NCBI GenBank assembly: GCA_963817895.1
Contig: CAWFQB010000006.1
Span: forward strand, 128,001-192,000
Source: an uncultured Chthonomonadaceae bacterium
GTDB taxonomy: Bacteria; Armatimonadota; Chthonomonadetes; Chthonomonadales; Chthonomonadaceae
DNA length: 64,000 nucleotides
Reading direction: 5' to 3'
Made by a program: the position numbers and the translations under genes
Notes under the pieces: model-generated
The model's input: the letters and a program-made list of their open reading frames with translations, nothing else
What the model was told of the DNA's origin: nothing
The model's database searches: none
Shown here: positions 41,432-52,308 of the stretch, one piece after another
How the letters are laid out: every line of letters begins with the position of its first letter
How positions within the stretch are numbered: position 1 is the first letter of the stretch

Positions 41432-44400
41432 ATGTCAGCCAAAGTGCCATCTTGCAACAATCGTCTGCGGTTTCCCGTTCTCTGTTCTGTTCTGTATGGA
41501 TGTCTCACGCTTCTCCTGTCCGGCGCATCGCCTGTACATGCGCAGCGAGTACATCCCGCAAATCCCCCTCAACTGCAACAGCCGATTCCCATTCCGTCTC
41601 TGGAACAGCAGCTTTCCCGCCGCCTGCCTCCCCTCGTTCCGGGGCGCGTGACGCTGGAAGGGGATTTGCTGGTAGGATTGGAACCGGGCGCCAATGCGCA
41701 GGCATTTTCCAGGCGCATTCGCAGTCTGGGGCAGGTAGTTGGTTATTCGCCCGCGCTGCGCGTGCTGCGAATCAAACTCAATCCCACTGTGTCCGACAAC
41801 CGGGCGCTGACATGGCTGAAGCAGCAGAGCGAAACCACTTACGCGGAAAACAATCACCGCATTCAGGTCACTTCCACTCCCAACGACGCCAGTTATTCTG
41901 CGCAATGGGCTTTGCCCAAAATACAGGCCGATCAAGCCTGGGACATCTGGAAGCCGCAGGGACAGGTGGTTCTTGCCATTGTGGATACCGGCGTAGATTA
42001 TACGCATCCTGACCTGACAAACGTAATCTTCCGAGACACTGCCGGCAATGCCGTCGGCTATGATGCCACCGGCTCCGGGAGTTTCCTGGATGGCTATGGA
42101 CACGGCACACACGTTTCCGGCAGCGCCGCCGCACAAATCAATAACGGGGTCACGTATCAGTACACGGACAGCAACAATGTCGTTCATAGTTTTGGAACGG
42201 CGGGAGCCGTCGGTTGGAACGGAAATCTGAACCAATCCGACACCTCTCACATCAAGATCATGCCGGTTCGCGTGCTGGATAGCAGCGGCTCGGGATCGGA
42301 TGCCGAAGTGGCCGATGGTATCGCCTGGCGGCCGATCATGGCGCGCAGGTGATCAGCATGAGCCTGGGCGAACCGGAAGACCCTAATAATCCCGGCCCTC
42401 CCTCCACGCTCAACGCCGCCGTCCAGTATGCCTGGCACAAGGGTGTTGTTATTGTCGCTGCGGCGGGAAATGACGGGAGTACCGAACACTTTTATCCGGC
42501 GGCTTGCCCCAACGTGATTTCTGTTGCCGCGACAAATTCCGGTGACGGGCTGGCGGACTTCTCTAATTTTGGCGATTGGGTGAACGTGGCCGCGCCTGGC
42601 ACGGACATATACTCGACCGTACCCTCCTATTCCATCAACGGCAACCCGGCCTATTATTACAGCTATTCTTCCGGCACATCCATGGCAACGCCGCATGTCG
42701 CGGCGGAGGCTGCCATGCTCCGGGCGCAAAATCTGACGCTGACCAATCAGCATATCCGTGATTTGATTATTGGCAATGTAGACCCGCTTAATGGCGGCAG
42801 AACAATCAATGGCGGCCTCGGCGGGCGCGTAAACTTCTTTTCCGCATTGAGTTCCCTTTCCAGTTCTTCTGTTCGCATCAACAGTGGCGGTTCGGGGGCG
42901 GGCGCATTCTCGTCCGATCAGTACTACACGACACCGGGGCTGACGTACAGCACAGGCACGATCATGGACACGAGCGGTGTGATGAACCCGGCTCCGCAAG
43001 CCTGCTACCAGAGCGAACGCTTCACGCAGTCTGGCCCACTGACGTATGCGGTTCCCAACCTCACGTCCGGCAGCAGTTACACGGTGCGTCTGCACTTTGC
43101 CGAGGTATACTGGACAGCGGCAGGGCAGCGGGTGATGAACATCAGCCTCAACGGCAACGCTGTTCAGAACAACTTCGACCTTGTGGCCGAAGCGGGCGGC
43201 AGGTACAAAGCGCTCGTCAAGGAGTTCACCGCCGCTGCCGACAATAACGGAACCATGACTATCAGCCTGGGCAGAGTGCAGGGCGATCCCGCTCTCAACG
43301 CGCTGGAAGTGGTTGCCGGAAGCGCGCCTGTCGTAACCGCCAACTACCATATCAACAGCGGTGGTTCCGGGGTGGGAATATTTTCTGCTGACCAGTACTA
43401 CACGACACCGGGGCTGACGTACAGCACAGGCACGATCATGGACACGAGCGGTGTGATGAACCCGGCTCCGCAAGCCTGTTACCAGAGCGAACGCTTCACG
43501 CAGTCTGGCCCACTCACCTACGCTATTCCGAACTTGACCCCCGGCAGCAGTTACACGGTGCGTCTGCACTTTGCCGAGGTATACTGGACAGCGGCAGGGC
43601 AGCGGGTGATGAACATCAGCCTCAACGGCAACGCTGTTCAGAACAACTTCGACCTCGTAGCGGAAGCGGGCGGCAGGTACAAAGCGCTCGTCAAGGAGTT
43701 CACCGCTACCGCTGACAGCAGCGGAACCATGACCATCAGCCTCGGAAGAGTGCAGGGGGATCCCGCCCTCAACGCCCTGGAGGTTGTGCAGGCCAGCTCA
43801 GGTGGGCCAACTCCTCCCCCCACGATTCCGGCAGCTCCCACAAACTTGACGGCGACAGGAGGAAGCAACTCCATTACTCTCGCGTGGACCGCATCTACGG
43901 GAGCAACTTCCTATAACATCAAGCGCAGCGCCATTAGTGGCGGCCCTTACACCACCGTTGCCACGCTGGTGAATACCACTTCCTATGTGGATGGCGGCCA
44001 GAACTACAGCGCATCCAACAATCTGGCAACCGGAGTTCGGTACTACTATGTCGTGACGGCGATGAACGCGGCGGGGGAAAGCCCCAACTCCAATCAGGCA
44101 TCGGCAGTGACGACGGGCGCATCTAGCGGATTAAGTTATCACATCAACAGCGGCGGTTCTGCCGTAGGCTCCTTCACCTCAGACGCATACTACACCACGC
44201 CGGGGCTGACGTACAGCACAGGCACGATCATGGACACGAGCGGTGTGATGAACCCGGCTCCGCAAGCCTGCTACCAGAGCGAACGCTTCACGCAGTCCGG
44301 CCCACTCACCTACGCTATTCCGAACTTGACCCCCGGCAGCAGTTACACGGTGCGTCTGCACTTTGCCGAGGTGTACTGGACAGCGGCAGGGCAGCGGGTG

Positions 44401-45063
44401 ATGAACATCAGCCTCAACGGCAACGCTGTTCAGAACAACTTCGACCTTGTGGCCGAAGCGGGCGGCAGGTACAAAGCGCTCGTCAAGGAGTTCACCGCCG
44501 CTGCCGACAATAACGGAACCATGACTATCAGCCTGGGCAGAGTGCAGGGCGATCCCGCTCTCAACGCGCTGGAAGTGGTTGCCGGAAGCGCGCCTGTCGT
44601 AACCGCCAACTACCATATCAACAGCGGTGGTTCCGGGGTGGGAATATTTTCTGCTGACCAGTACTACACGACACCGGGGCTGACGTACAGCACAGGCACG
44701 ATCATGGACACGAGCGGTGTGATGAACCCGGCTCCGCAAGCCTGTTACCAGAGCGAACGCTTCACGCGGTCCGGCCCACTCACCTACGCTATTCCGAACT
44801 TGACCCCCGGCAGCAGCTATACAGTCCGGCTGCACTTTGCCGAGGTGTACTGGACAGCGGCAGGGCAGCGGGTGATGAACATCAGCCTCAACGGCAACGC
44901 TGTTCAGAACAACTTCGACCTCGTGGCCGAAGCCGGAGGACGCTACAAAGCGCTCGTCAAGGAGTTCACCGTTACCGCGGACAGCAACGGAACCATGACT
45001 ATCAGCTTGAGCGGTGTACAAGGCGATCCTGCACTCAACGCCCTGGAGGTTGTGAAGCAATAG
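41432..45063 (+). CDS. S8 subtilisin-like serine peptidase with four malectin domains and one FN3 domain (indel near 42330)
   Basis: Catalytic motifs AIVDTGVD, HGTHVSG, AAAGN, GTSMATPHVA; FN3 PAAPTNLTAT..YYYVVTAMNAAGES; four malectin repeats. Confidence 0.9.
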
Positions 45064-45142
45064 ACCGTGTTTCACGGAGAAACGTAGCGTTTGCCTCAAT
45101 CTCGCACAAACAAACGTAAGAGATCGGCTCAATCTAATAAAC

Positions 45143-45184
45143 CAAACAGAACCCCACTCGAACGTTCGAGTGGGGTTCTGTTTG
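45143..45184. terminator. Perfect 42-bp palindrome between convergent genes
   Basis: CAAACAGAACCCCACTCGAACGTTCGAGTGGGGTTCTGTTTG. Confidence 0.65.
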
Positions 45185-45202
45185 TATCTAACCGAAACAA
45201 CT

Positions 45203-45919
45203 TTAACGCTTCAGCAGGTTCTGATAATGCTGTCGGAACTTGGTCACTTTGGGCGCGATTACGACGCGGCAGTAGCCCTGATTGGCGTTTTGCGCGTAGT
45301 AGTCCTGATGGTAGGATTCCGCCGGATAGAAGTTGGTAAAGGCCGTCACTTCCGTAACAATGGGGTTATCCCATATATGCTGCGCGTTGACTTCCTTAAT
45401 CACTTCCTGCGCGGCTGTTTTTTGTTCCTCACTACTGGTAAAAATGGCGGAGCGGTATTGCGTACCCGCATCCGCGCCCTGACGGTTCAGCGTTGTGGGA
45501 TCGTGAGTGGAGAAGAAAATGCGCAGCAGGTCGCTGTAGGTAATCACTTTCGGATCAAACGTGATTTGAATGGCTTCGGCATGGCCCGTATTGCCGCCGC
45601 ATACCTGATCATAAGTGGGTTTCTCAATGCGGCCCCCGGCGTACCCGGATACGACTTTGTCCACGCCCTTAAGTTCGGTAAAAATGGCTTCGGTACACCA
45701 GAAGCACCCCCCGGCAAGCGTGGCGATCTCCCGGCCTTGCGGCGCGTTCAGTTCGGTTGTTGGCAATGGCGTCATGGCGGTATTCGTTTCTGTAGATAGC
45801 GGCGTCTGATGGGCGCAGCCGCTGAATAAAGTGAAAAACGCGCCCGCAATCCCGGCGAGAAACCCTCTCCGGTCTGCAACAGCGCGTTCTTGATGTGTGC
45901 GGTTCGTTTCCGTTTGCAT
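45203..45919 (-). CDS. msrA: Peptide-methionine (S)-S-oxide reductase, Tat-lipoprotein
   Basis: GGCFWCTE, SGYAGG, TGHAE, HDPTTLNRQG.D.GTQYRS, AESYHQDYY; DRRGFL..FSGC signal. Confidence 0.93.
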   Translation of the reverse strand: MQTETNRTHQERAVADRRGFLAGIAGAFFTLFSGCAHQTPLSTETNTAMTPLPTTELNAPQGREIATLAGGCFWCTEAIFTELKGVDKVVSGYAGGRIEKPTYDQVCGGNTGHAEAIQITFDPKVITYSDLLRIFFSTHDPTTLNRQGADAGTQYRSAIFTSSEEQKTAAQEVIKEVNAQHIWDNPIVTEVTAFTNFYPAESYHQDYYAQNANQGYCRVVIAPKVTKFRQHYQNLLKR

Positions 45920-46193
45920 ACTCTCTTCTACTAAAAACCGGGTGGCAGAGTTAGCCGACACGTACCCTAATCGGCGTCTTTTATTAAGAGCCTATCCCAT
46001 CAGGCCGGGTACAAAGAACGTACCCGTCTGAGTGGCCTGCGGCCAAGCGTCCTTCGGACGCAAATGCAATCGCCTGTTGGGATAGGCTCTAAATCAATCC
46101 CCAGGCTCGAATTACCGAAGAGACTATGGGCAAGGGAGTTTGCCAGAACCAGTTGACGTTCTCCACAAACCCGGCATGACGGAACTGTGCAGA

Positions 46194-46403
46194 TCAAGCG
46201 GCGCGACGTGGCAAGGATTCCGTGCTATGCCGCATCAGATACTCCAGCGTTTCCGCCTGCATTTTCTCGATCTCCGCTTTATATCCACTCGCCACATAGG
46301 GAAATTCTTCCGGTGTCGCCGTGACGCGCAATTGCGCTAAAATCTTTTGAAAAGTCACAATCCGCTGTTGCATACCTTCCAATTCCTGATCACTGCATAT
46401 CAT
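46194..46403 (-). CDS. Small helical hypothetical protein overlapping the upstream gene
   Basis: GGAG RBS; 69 aa. Confidence 0.6.
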   Translation of the reverse strand: MICSDQELEGMQQRIVTFQKILAQLRVTATPEEFPYVASGYKAEIEKMQAETLEYLMRHSTESLPRRAA

Positions 46404-46851
46404 CGTTTCTCTCCCCAATGATTTCAACAATACCGCGCCGCGTCTGATCGCGCTTGATTTGCCAGTACGCGAGAAATTCCTCAACGGTTTCCAATATCAG
46501 CAGCGACGGGCGCGTATAAAAAATGCTCGCGCCCAACGCAACATCCGCCTGTTCATCGTCGAACAACAGTTTCGCTTCTCCTTCACAGGCTGTAACGTTG
46601 AAATCATCTCGCATCACCAGAATTACATCAACGTCATTCGGCGCATCCTTTGCGGTGATGTAGCTGCCAAACAATACGAATCGCTGTACTTTGCCCGTCG
46701 CATGCGCCAGATGATAGATACGCAACAGACGCGATGTAACCGCCTGCCGCTGAACACCGCCCTCGCCAAAACGCTCAACCACTTCCTGTAAGTTTGCCGG
46801 ATGAACGCCAGGCGGTAGGTCGCCAACCGCATTGAAAACAGGCAGAGGCAA
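46390..46851 (-). CDS. Nucleotidyltransferase-like protein (DUF6932-like)
   Basis: GDLPPGVH, FGSYITAK..PNDVDV (GS..DxD), RRGIVEI. Confidence 0.7.
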   Translation of the reverse strand: MPLPVFNAVGDLPPGVHPANLQEVVERFGEGGVQRQAVTSRLLRIYHLAHATGKVQRFVLFGSYITAKDAPNDVDVILVMRDDFNVTACEGEAKLLFDDEQADVALGASIFYTRPSLLILETVEEFLAYWQIKRDQTRRGIVEIIGERNDDMQ

Positions 46852-47195
46852 GTGACTTCTCCTTATTCATAGACTGCTTCTATTTGTTGAGGCAGGAATG
46901 GTCACGGTGATTGTACGCTCGTTCCAAAACGCCCCGCCCTGTGCTTGAACGGACACACCTTTAATCTGTAATGCCTGCTGATAAAACGTGTGATTTGCCA
47001 GTTCGGTTTGCGTAAAATCAGTAGTTTCGCTGATGCCACGAATTGTGTTGTCCCTTCGTGTGTAACTAACTCTGCGTCAAGGCAGCCAAAAGCGGAAACA
47101 GTCGTTGATGCTTCCTCAGAAACTTTCGGTTATAGGTCTAAGACAGACACGGTTCATTCCTCAGAAGTGTACATAGCGTAACAAGGATAACTGAA

Positions 47196-49085
47196 CTAGC
47201 CCCACAGACTACTGTGAAGCCAAAGAGGGAGGAACATGAACAGGGGAACAGCAAAGATCAGTGCGCAGCTCGTGCCTGGATTTGCTCCAGAGTTCGACTT
47301 CGTGGGTTTGCGCTGATAGCAAGCACTGTGATAGTAGCGAGTGACAGTAGTCGTGTAGGATTCACCATCACCATAAGTCGATCCTACCTGCGCCTCTTCT
47401 GTAACAGCCTTATCCTCAATCAAATAAAAGCCACAACTTCTGTCACAACTTCGACATATCAGTGGATGTCCACAAGTTGGACAAGAAAAGTGAAAGTAGT
47501 CTTCGTGCTGTCTTTTATGTTGAACTATATCCTTAACTGTAAACCTGTATTTACAGGTAGGGCAGGTCTGCTCCGGCGACATTTTGTTGTAGCAAGTATA
47601 GTGACCCCCTTTGTCAAGACAAATTTTCGTCATGTTTAAGGTGGTCGCCGCATCGGTTGTTTTGCTCTAGCAACCGAGCGCTTGTTGATACACTTGGGCT
47701 GGTGTTTTGTAGGCCAGCGCTTGGTGCGGACGCGCTTCATTATAGAACTGGAAGTAGCTGTGCAATCCGTTGTACACGGCTTTTGGCGTTTCGTAGCCTT
47801 TGAGATACACGTCTTCGTATTTGACCGTTCGCCACAAGCGTTCCACGAAGATGTTGTCCAGCGCCCGGCCTCGTCCATCCATGCTGATGGTAATGTCGGC
47901 GGATAGCAAGCGACCCGTGAACTCCTTGCTGGTAAATTGGACGCCCTGATCCGAATTGAAGATCATGGGCTTACCGCTTCCCAGAGCCTGATCCAGTCCT
48001 TCGCAGCAAAAAGCCGTGTCGAGCGTGTTGGACAATTGCCACGTCAGAACGAAGCGACTGTACCAATCGATAATGGCAAACAGGTAGACAAATCCTTTCT
48101 CTAAGGGAATATAGGTGATGTCGCAACTCCACACCTGATTGACTGCGTTTATCTTGACGCCGCGCAAAAGGTACGGGTAGATGGGATTTTCAGGATGCGG
48201 GCGGCTCGTATTCGGGCCGGGAACCATGGCCTGCAATCCCATAACCTGCATCAAGCGGGCAATCCGCTTCTTGTTGACAAGATGCCCGTCTTCGCGCAAG
48301 ACATGAACCATCTTCCGGTAGCCGAAGAATGGATGCTTGGTATACTCCTTATCTATGAGCTGCATGAGAAGCAGATTGAACGCGTTTTCACCTGTTGGCT
48401 GGTAGTAGTAGCCGGAACGCGACAGACCGAGCAGTTCACATTGACGCCCAATGCTCAGATGCGGATGCCCGACTTCCACGCGCTGCCGCAGCGTCTCAAC
48501 CGAGGCGACCTGATTTTTTTTTGAGCCAGTCCAGTTCAACCTTGAGTTGGCCGATCTGCTGGTAAAGTTGGGCTTCTTTCTCTTCCTGGTCTTTGGTGTC
48601 TTTGACGCGCTTATCGGCAAAGACCGTAGGCAAACTGTCGAGCAGTTGCTTTTTCCACTGCATCAGCAGATTGGGATGCACTTGCGCGTCACTGGCAATC
48701 TCGGCAAGAGTGTGGTTGCCTTTGACCACTTCCAAAGCCAGTTTTGCTTTGAACTCGGCAGAATAGCGTTTACGGATGGTAGACATAGTGGGTTCTCCTG
48801 TGTTTATTGTGACACAGCCACCACCTTAAACCACTGTCCGAATTCTTGGGGTCATTATAAAGTTTCACATACGTAGTGAAAGGCATGATTAATGTCGGAA
48901 GTTTGTTCAGGATTTGGAGGACAGATTTCAGTTTCGTAAATAGTGTAAGCTTTTAGATTTGTAACATTGCTGCTACACACATAACAACTTACGGTTCGCG
49001 ATATAACTCGGTGGCAATGCGGACAGTTTTCCAGCACTGAACTCATGGGCTTGTTACAAAACTGACACTGCTTCAACTCCGCCAT
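47196..49085 (-). pseudogene. Cys-rich zinc-ribbon membrane protein gene split by an IS3 element
   Basis: Removing 47597-48859 and one AAG gives an in-frame 207-aa protein (..HYVCET|CYNKMSP..) with many CxxC pairs and a C-terminal TM helix. Confidence 0.8.
47597..48859 (-). mobile_element. IS3-family insertion sequence (orfA 48496-48786; orfB to 47667)
   Basis: IRs TATAGTGACCCC / GGGGTCATTATA; AAG duplication at 47594-47596 and 48860-48862; poly-A slippery site near 48514-48522; WSCDITYI, IDWYSRFV, NSDQGVQFT, DNIFVERLWRTVKYE. Confidence 0.93.
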
Positions 49086-49118
49086 TGCCTGCTCCTATGT
49101 TGATTGGCACTTGTGTGT

Positions 49119-49742
49119 TTACATCAAGCCCCACTGCTGCCAGATGCTTTCCTGCGTGGGTAAGGGATTTTGCCAGAGCCAGTTTACGTTGATCCACAAT
49201 CCCGGCACGACGGAACTGTGGTAAATTCCATTGGCGTCCGCAGGCACGAGTTTATATGCGCCATTTGCCTGCAACTGGTAGAACAACGCTTCCGTTTTGG
49301 CCTGATCCAGAACCCAGTATTCCGGTACGCCGCGCCGCTCGTATTCATCCCGCTTTGTGACGCGATCCTGCCTGCCGCTGCCGGGGCTGACGATTTCAAT
49401 GGCAAGGTCCGCAGGGCCATCGAGATAGGCGTTGCGCAAGCGATGCAGATTTGCGGTGGCAAGAAACAAAATGTCTGGTTCGCGTCCGGTGCTTGCGCCG
49501 ACTTTCATAAGCAATCTTTCGTAGAACACTTCGCCCAACTGATGCTTTTCCACGAGAAACGACAGCACATTCAGCAGCAAGCGTCCCAACCGTTGATGCG
49601 CCACAGTCACCGGACTCATGTATTCTACTTTCCCTTCGACAAGTTCAACGCGCGTATCCTCTTCCAGCATCAACGCCCATTCGAGAAACTCCTCGAACGT
49701 CATGCTGTGCGGAACCAAATCGCGTGGCATTGCAACGGTCAT
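49119..49742 (-). CDS. Uma2 family endonuclease
   Basis: MTFEEFL, ELVEG, EPDILF, ADLAIEIVSP, GVPEYWVLD. Confidence 0.9.
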   Translation of the reverse strand: MTVAMPRDLVPHSMTFEEFLEWALMLEEDTRVELVEGKVEYMSPVTVAHQRLGRLLLNVLSFLVEKHQLGEVFYERLLMKVGASTGREPDILFLATANLHRLRNAYLDGPADLAIEIVSPGSGRQDRVTKRDEYERRGVPEYWVLDQAKTEALFYQLQANGAYKLVPADANGIYHSSVVPGLWINVNWLWQNPLPTQESIWQQWGLM

Positions 49743-49788
49743 GCTATTTCCTTTCTATCTCAGGCACAAGGCACTGGCAAATGAAGGT

Positions 49789-52269
49789 TTAGCGGTTGAA
49801 CAGGAAGGCGGGGCTGTTGATGAGCGCCCACATCAAGTCCTGCGCGCCTTCCATGCGAGTTGCCGATTTTTTGAGATGGTTCTGCGCGTTCGCCATTTCC
49901 TTTGCGTTTGGCAGCCGGGACACGACAGACAGGAAAATCTCTTCAATCAGCTTCTGGTCGGAGGGATTGGGCTTCATCAACTGCGCCAGTCGGCCAGTCG
50001 GCGCGGCAATGGCATCGGAAATGGTTGGGCCGTTAATGAGGTTCAGCGCCTGCCCCAAACTGACCGTGCTGGAACGCTCGCACTCGCAGGGCGTTTCCCG
50101 CGCGGGCTTGCCGAACAGGTCCAGAAAGCCGTCGTTTGCCCCTGATTTGGCATCGGGCAGGGCTTGCGCAAAGGTTCCCGTCGGCAAGCCTGCAAAAACC
50201 GCGTCCGTTCCCGTCGCGAGATGAATGGCGTCGTACAACTGCTCGGCTTCCAATCGGCGGGGAATGGCGTGAGAGAAGTTGGTTTTGTCGTCCACGTTCC
50301 ACTTGCTGCTCTGGATGGACGCCTGATACGTCCGCGAAAGGACAATTTGGCGCATGACGTGTTTCAGGTCGAAGCCGCTGTTCACGAAATCTTTGTTCAA
50401 GGCTTCCAGCAGTTCCGGGTTGCTCGGCGGATTGGAGGCGCGAATGTCGTCAACCGGGTCAATAATTCCCTTGCCGAGGAAGTAACTCCATACGCGGTTT
50501 ACCATGGCCCGCGAAAAGAACGGATTATCCTTTGAGGTCAGCCAATCGGCGAAAGCGTCCCGGCGTTCGGTTCCGGTTTTGAAATCTGCCGTTGTGGTCA
50601 AATGCCCGACGGGAACGAGGGGCGCGACTGCCATCGCCGTTTTCGGGTGCATCACTTCGCCGCCCGCTTTGTCGTACACCACTTCGTCACCCGGCTGCGT
50701 TCCCGGCTTGAAACTGACCTGCGAGAAGAACGCGCCGAACTGGTAATACTGGTTCTGCGTCCATTTCTCGAACGGGTGGTCGTGGCACTTGTTGCACGAA
50801 AAGCGGACGCCCAAAAATAGCTGCGTGACGTTCTCGGTTGCGGTTGAGGTGTCGCGGACAACGCGCAAATAGTTGGCGGGCGCGTTCTCATAAGCGTCGC
50901 CCGTCGCGGTAATCATGGAACGGACAAACTTGTCGTAGGGCATGTTTTCGGCAACGGCGGAGTGTATCCAGTTGCGGAACTTACGGACACCCTTGTCGCC
51001 TAAATACTTGCTGTTGCAGTCCAGCAGGTCGGCCCATTTGTTGGTCCAGCGGTCGGCAAACGCGGGCGAAGCCAGCAGCGCGTCAATCATCTTTTCGCGT
51101 TTGGCCGAAGAGGGAGTTTTGTCTTCGATGAAGGCGCGGGCGGCCTCGGATGTGGGCGGCAGGCCGGTCAGGTCAATGGACACGCGGCGCAGGAACGTGG
51201 CGTCATCGCACAAACCGGACGGCAGCGCCTTGACCTTTTGCAGTTTCTTATCCACGAGCGTATCAATGTAGTTGTTGTCCGCCGCCTGCGCCCATTTGTA
51301 GCCCGTCCGGTCGCCAAGAACTGTAAGCGGCGTCGTGGCATATGTGCCTTCGTAGCGCACGAGCAGGGCCGCTTCCCCGCGCCGTACTGCGGTAATTTCG
51401 CCGCTCGGTTTCACGGTTGCGGTTTCCGGCATACTGCTGGTCAGCACCGCCTCGCGGGTTACGTCCCGCGTCATGCCATTGGGATAATGCGCAAGCACGA
51501 GCGTTTTCTGCGTCAGGCCGGGAAGGGTCAGGTTCGGCACACTCGGCAATACTTCCAGACTTGCCACGCGCTTTGTTTTCCCCGTATCCGAAACAACGCC
51601 CTCGGTAATCCACTGCTTTAACACGTTGTAGTAGCGCGAACCGGGAAGAATCACCTGCCCGCCCTTGTGCGCCACTTCGCCCGTCGGCTTGAGCAGCATC
51701 AGGGATTGCGCCGGGTCAGTGCGATTGAACCGCCGCGCTTCGATGTCATCTATCAGGGCATGGTGGTCAAAGACGGGATCGTAGCCGCGCAGACTGAGTT
51801 TGAACCCGTTCTTGCCTTTTGCCGAGCCGTGACACGTTCCCGCGTTACACCCGGCCTTGCTCAAAATCGGCATGATGTCGCGCGTGAAACTGACGGGCGG
51901 CGAAGTCATGCTTTTCACCAGCACCGGCACAACCGCCGTTTGCCCCGCAGCGGAAACCACAAGCCTGGTCGCGCCCACCTTTACCGGCTGCACATACCCG
52001 TCCCTATCCATCTGCACAATCGGCGCGGCAGGCTTCACAACCGCCAGCGAGGATAAATCCACCGCGTACCCCGACGCGGTTTTTCCGGTCACGACAAATG
52101 AACGCGCGTCCCGGCTATCCAGCAGCGTCAGCGACGACGGCTGCACGGACAGCGAAACGATCTTCGGCAGCGCGGGCTTTTTCGGGGCCGCGTCTTCCGC
52201 AAAGCCCGCAGAACTCAACGCGCAGCAGGCCGCCACAAACGGCAGTAGTGAAATTCGGAATGTAGGCAT
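49789..52269 (-). CDS. DUF1549/DUF1553 (PSD1) domain protein with Ig-like domains
   Basis: GCNAGTCHG, FLRRVSIDLTG, CNKCHDHPFEKW, DPVDD, FGKPARETPCECER, DLMWALINS. Confidence 0.92.
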   Translation of the reverse strand: MPTFRISLLPFVAACCALSSAGFAEDAAPKKPALPKIVSLSVQPSSLTLLDSRDARSFVVTGKTASGYAVDLSSLAVVKPAAPIVQMDRDGYVQPVKVGATRLVVSAAGQTAVVPVLVKSMTSPPVSFTRDIMPILSKAGCNAGTCHGSAKGKNGFKLSLRGYDPVFDHHALIDDIEARRFNRTDPAQSLMLLKPTGEVAHKGGQVILPGSRYYNVLKQWITEGVVSDTGKTKRVASLEVLPSVPNLTLPGLTQKTLVLAHYPNGMTRDVTREAVLTSSMPETATVKPSGEITAVRRGEAALLVRYEGTYATTPLTVLGDRTGYKWAQAADNNYIDTLVDKKLQKVKALPSGLCDDATFLRRVSIDLTGLPPTSEAARAFIEDKTPSSAKREKMIDALLASPAFADRWTNKWADLLDCNSKYLGDKGVRKFRNWIHSAVAENMPYDKFVRSMITATGDAYENAPANYLRVVRDTSTATENVTQLFLGVRFSCNKCHDHPFEKWTQNQYYQFGAFFSQVSFKPGTQPGDEVVYDKAGGEVMHPKTAMAVAPLVPVGHLTTTADFKTGTERRDAFADWLTSKDNPFFSRAMVNRVWSYFLGKGIIDPVDDIRASNPPSNPELLEALNKDFVNSGFDLKHVMRQIVLSRTYQASIQSSKWNVDDKTNFSHAIPRRLEAEQLYDAIHLATGTDAVFAGLPTGTFAQALPDAKSGANDGFLDLFGKPARETPCECERSSTVSLGQALNLINGPTISDAIAAPTGRLAQLMKPNPSDQKLIEEIFLSVVSRLPNAKEMANAQNHLKKSATRMEGAQDLMWALINSPAFLFNR

Positions 52270-52308
52270 AAGAGCATCCTTGATAAGCGCTAAAAAGTAA
52301 AGAAGAAA

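Noticed and set aside
40208..45060. Malectin repeats as DGR template/variable regions
   Set aside because: All copies are in-frame domains, differences do not appear adenine-specific, and the RT is retron-type.
38404..45132. Long antisense ORFs (38404-40218, 39857-41104, 42247-43569, 44179-45132) and similar ones opposite phyH, acs and glgP
   Set aside because: Shadow frames of GC-rich genes with clear plus- or minus-strand family motifs.
46868..47180. Possible gene remnant on the minus strand
   Set aside because: Short open stretch with no clear start or recognisable family.
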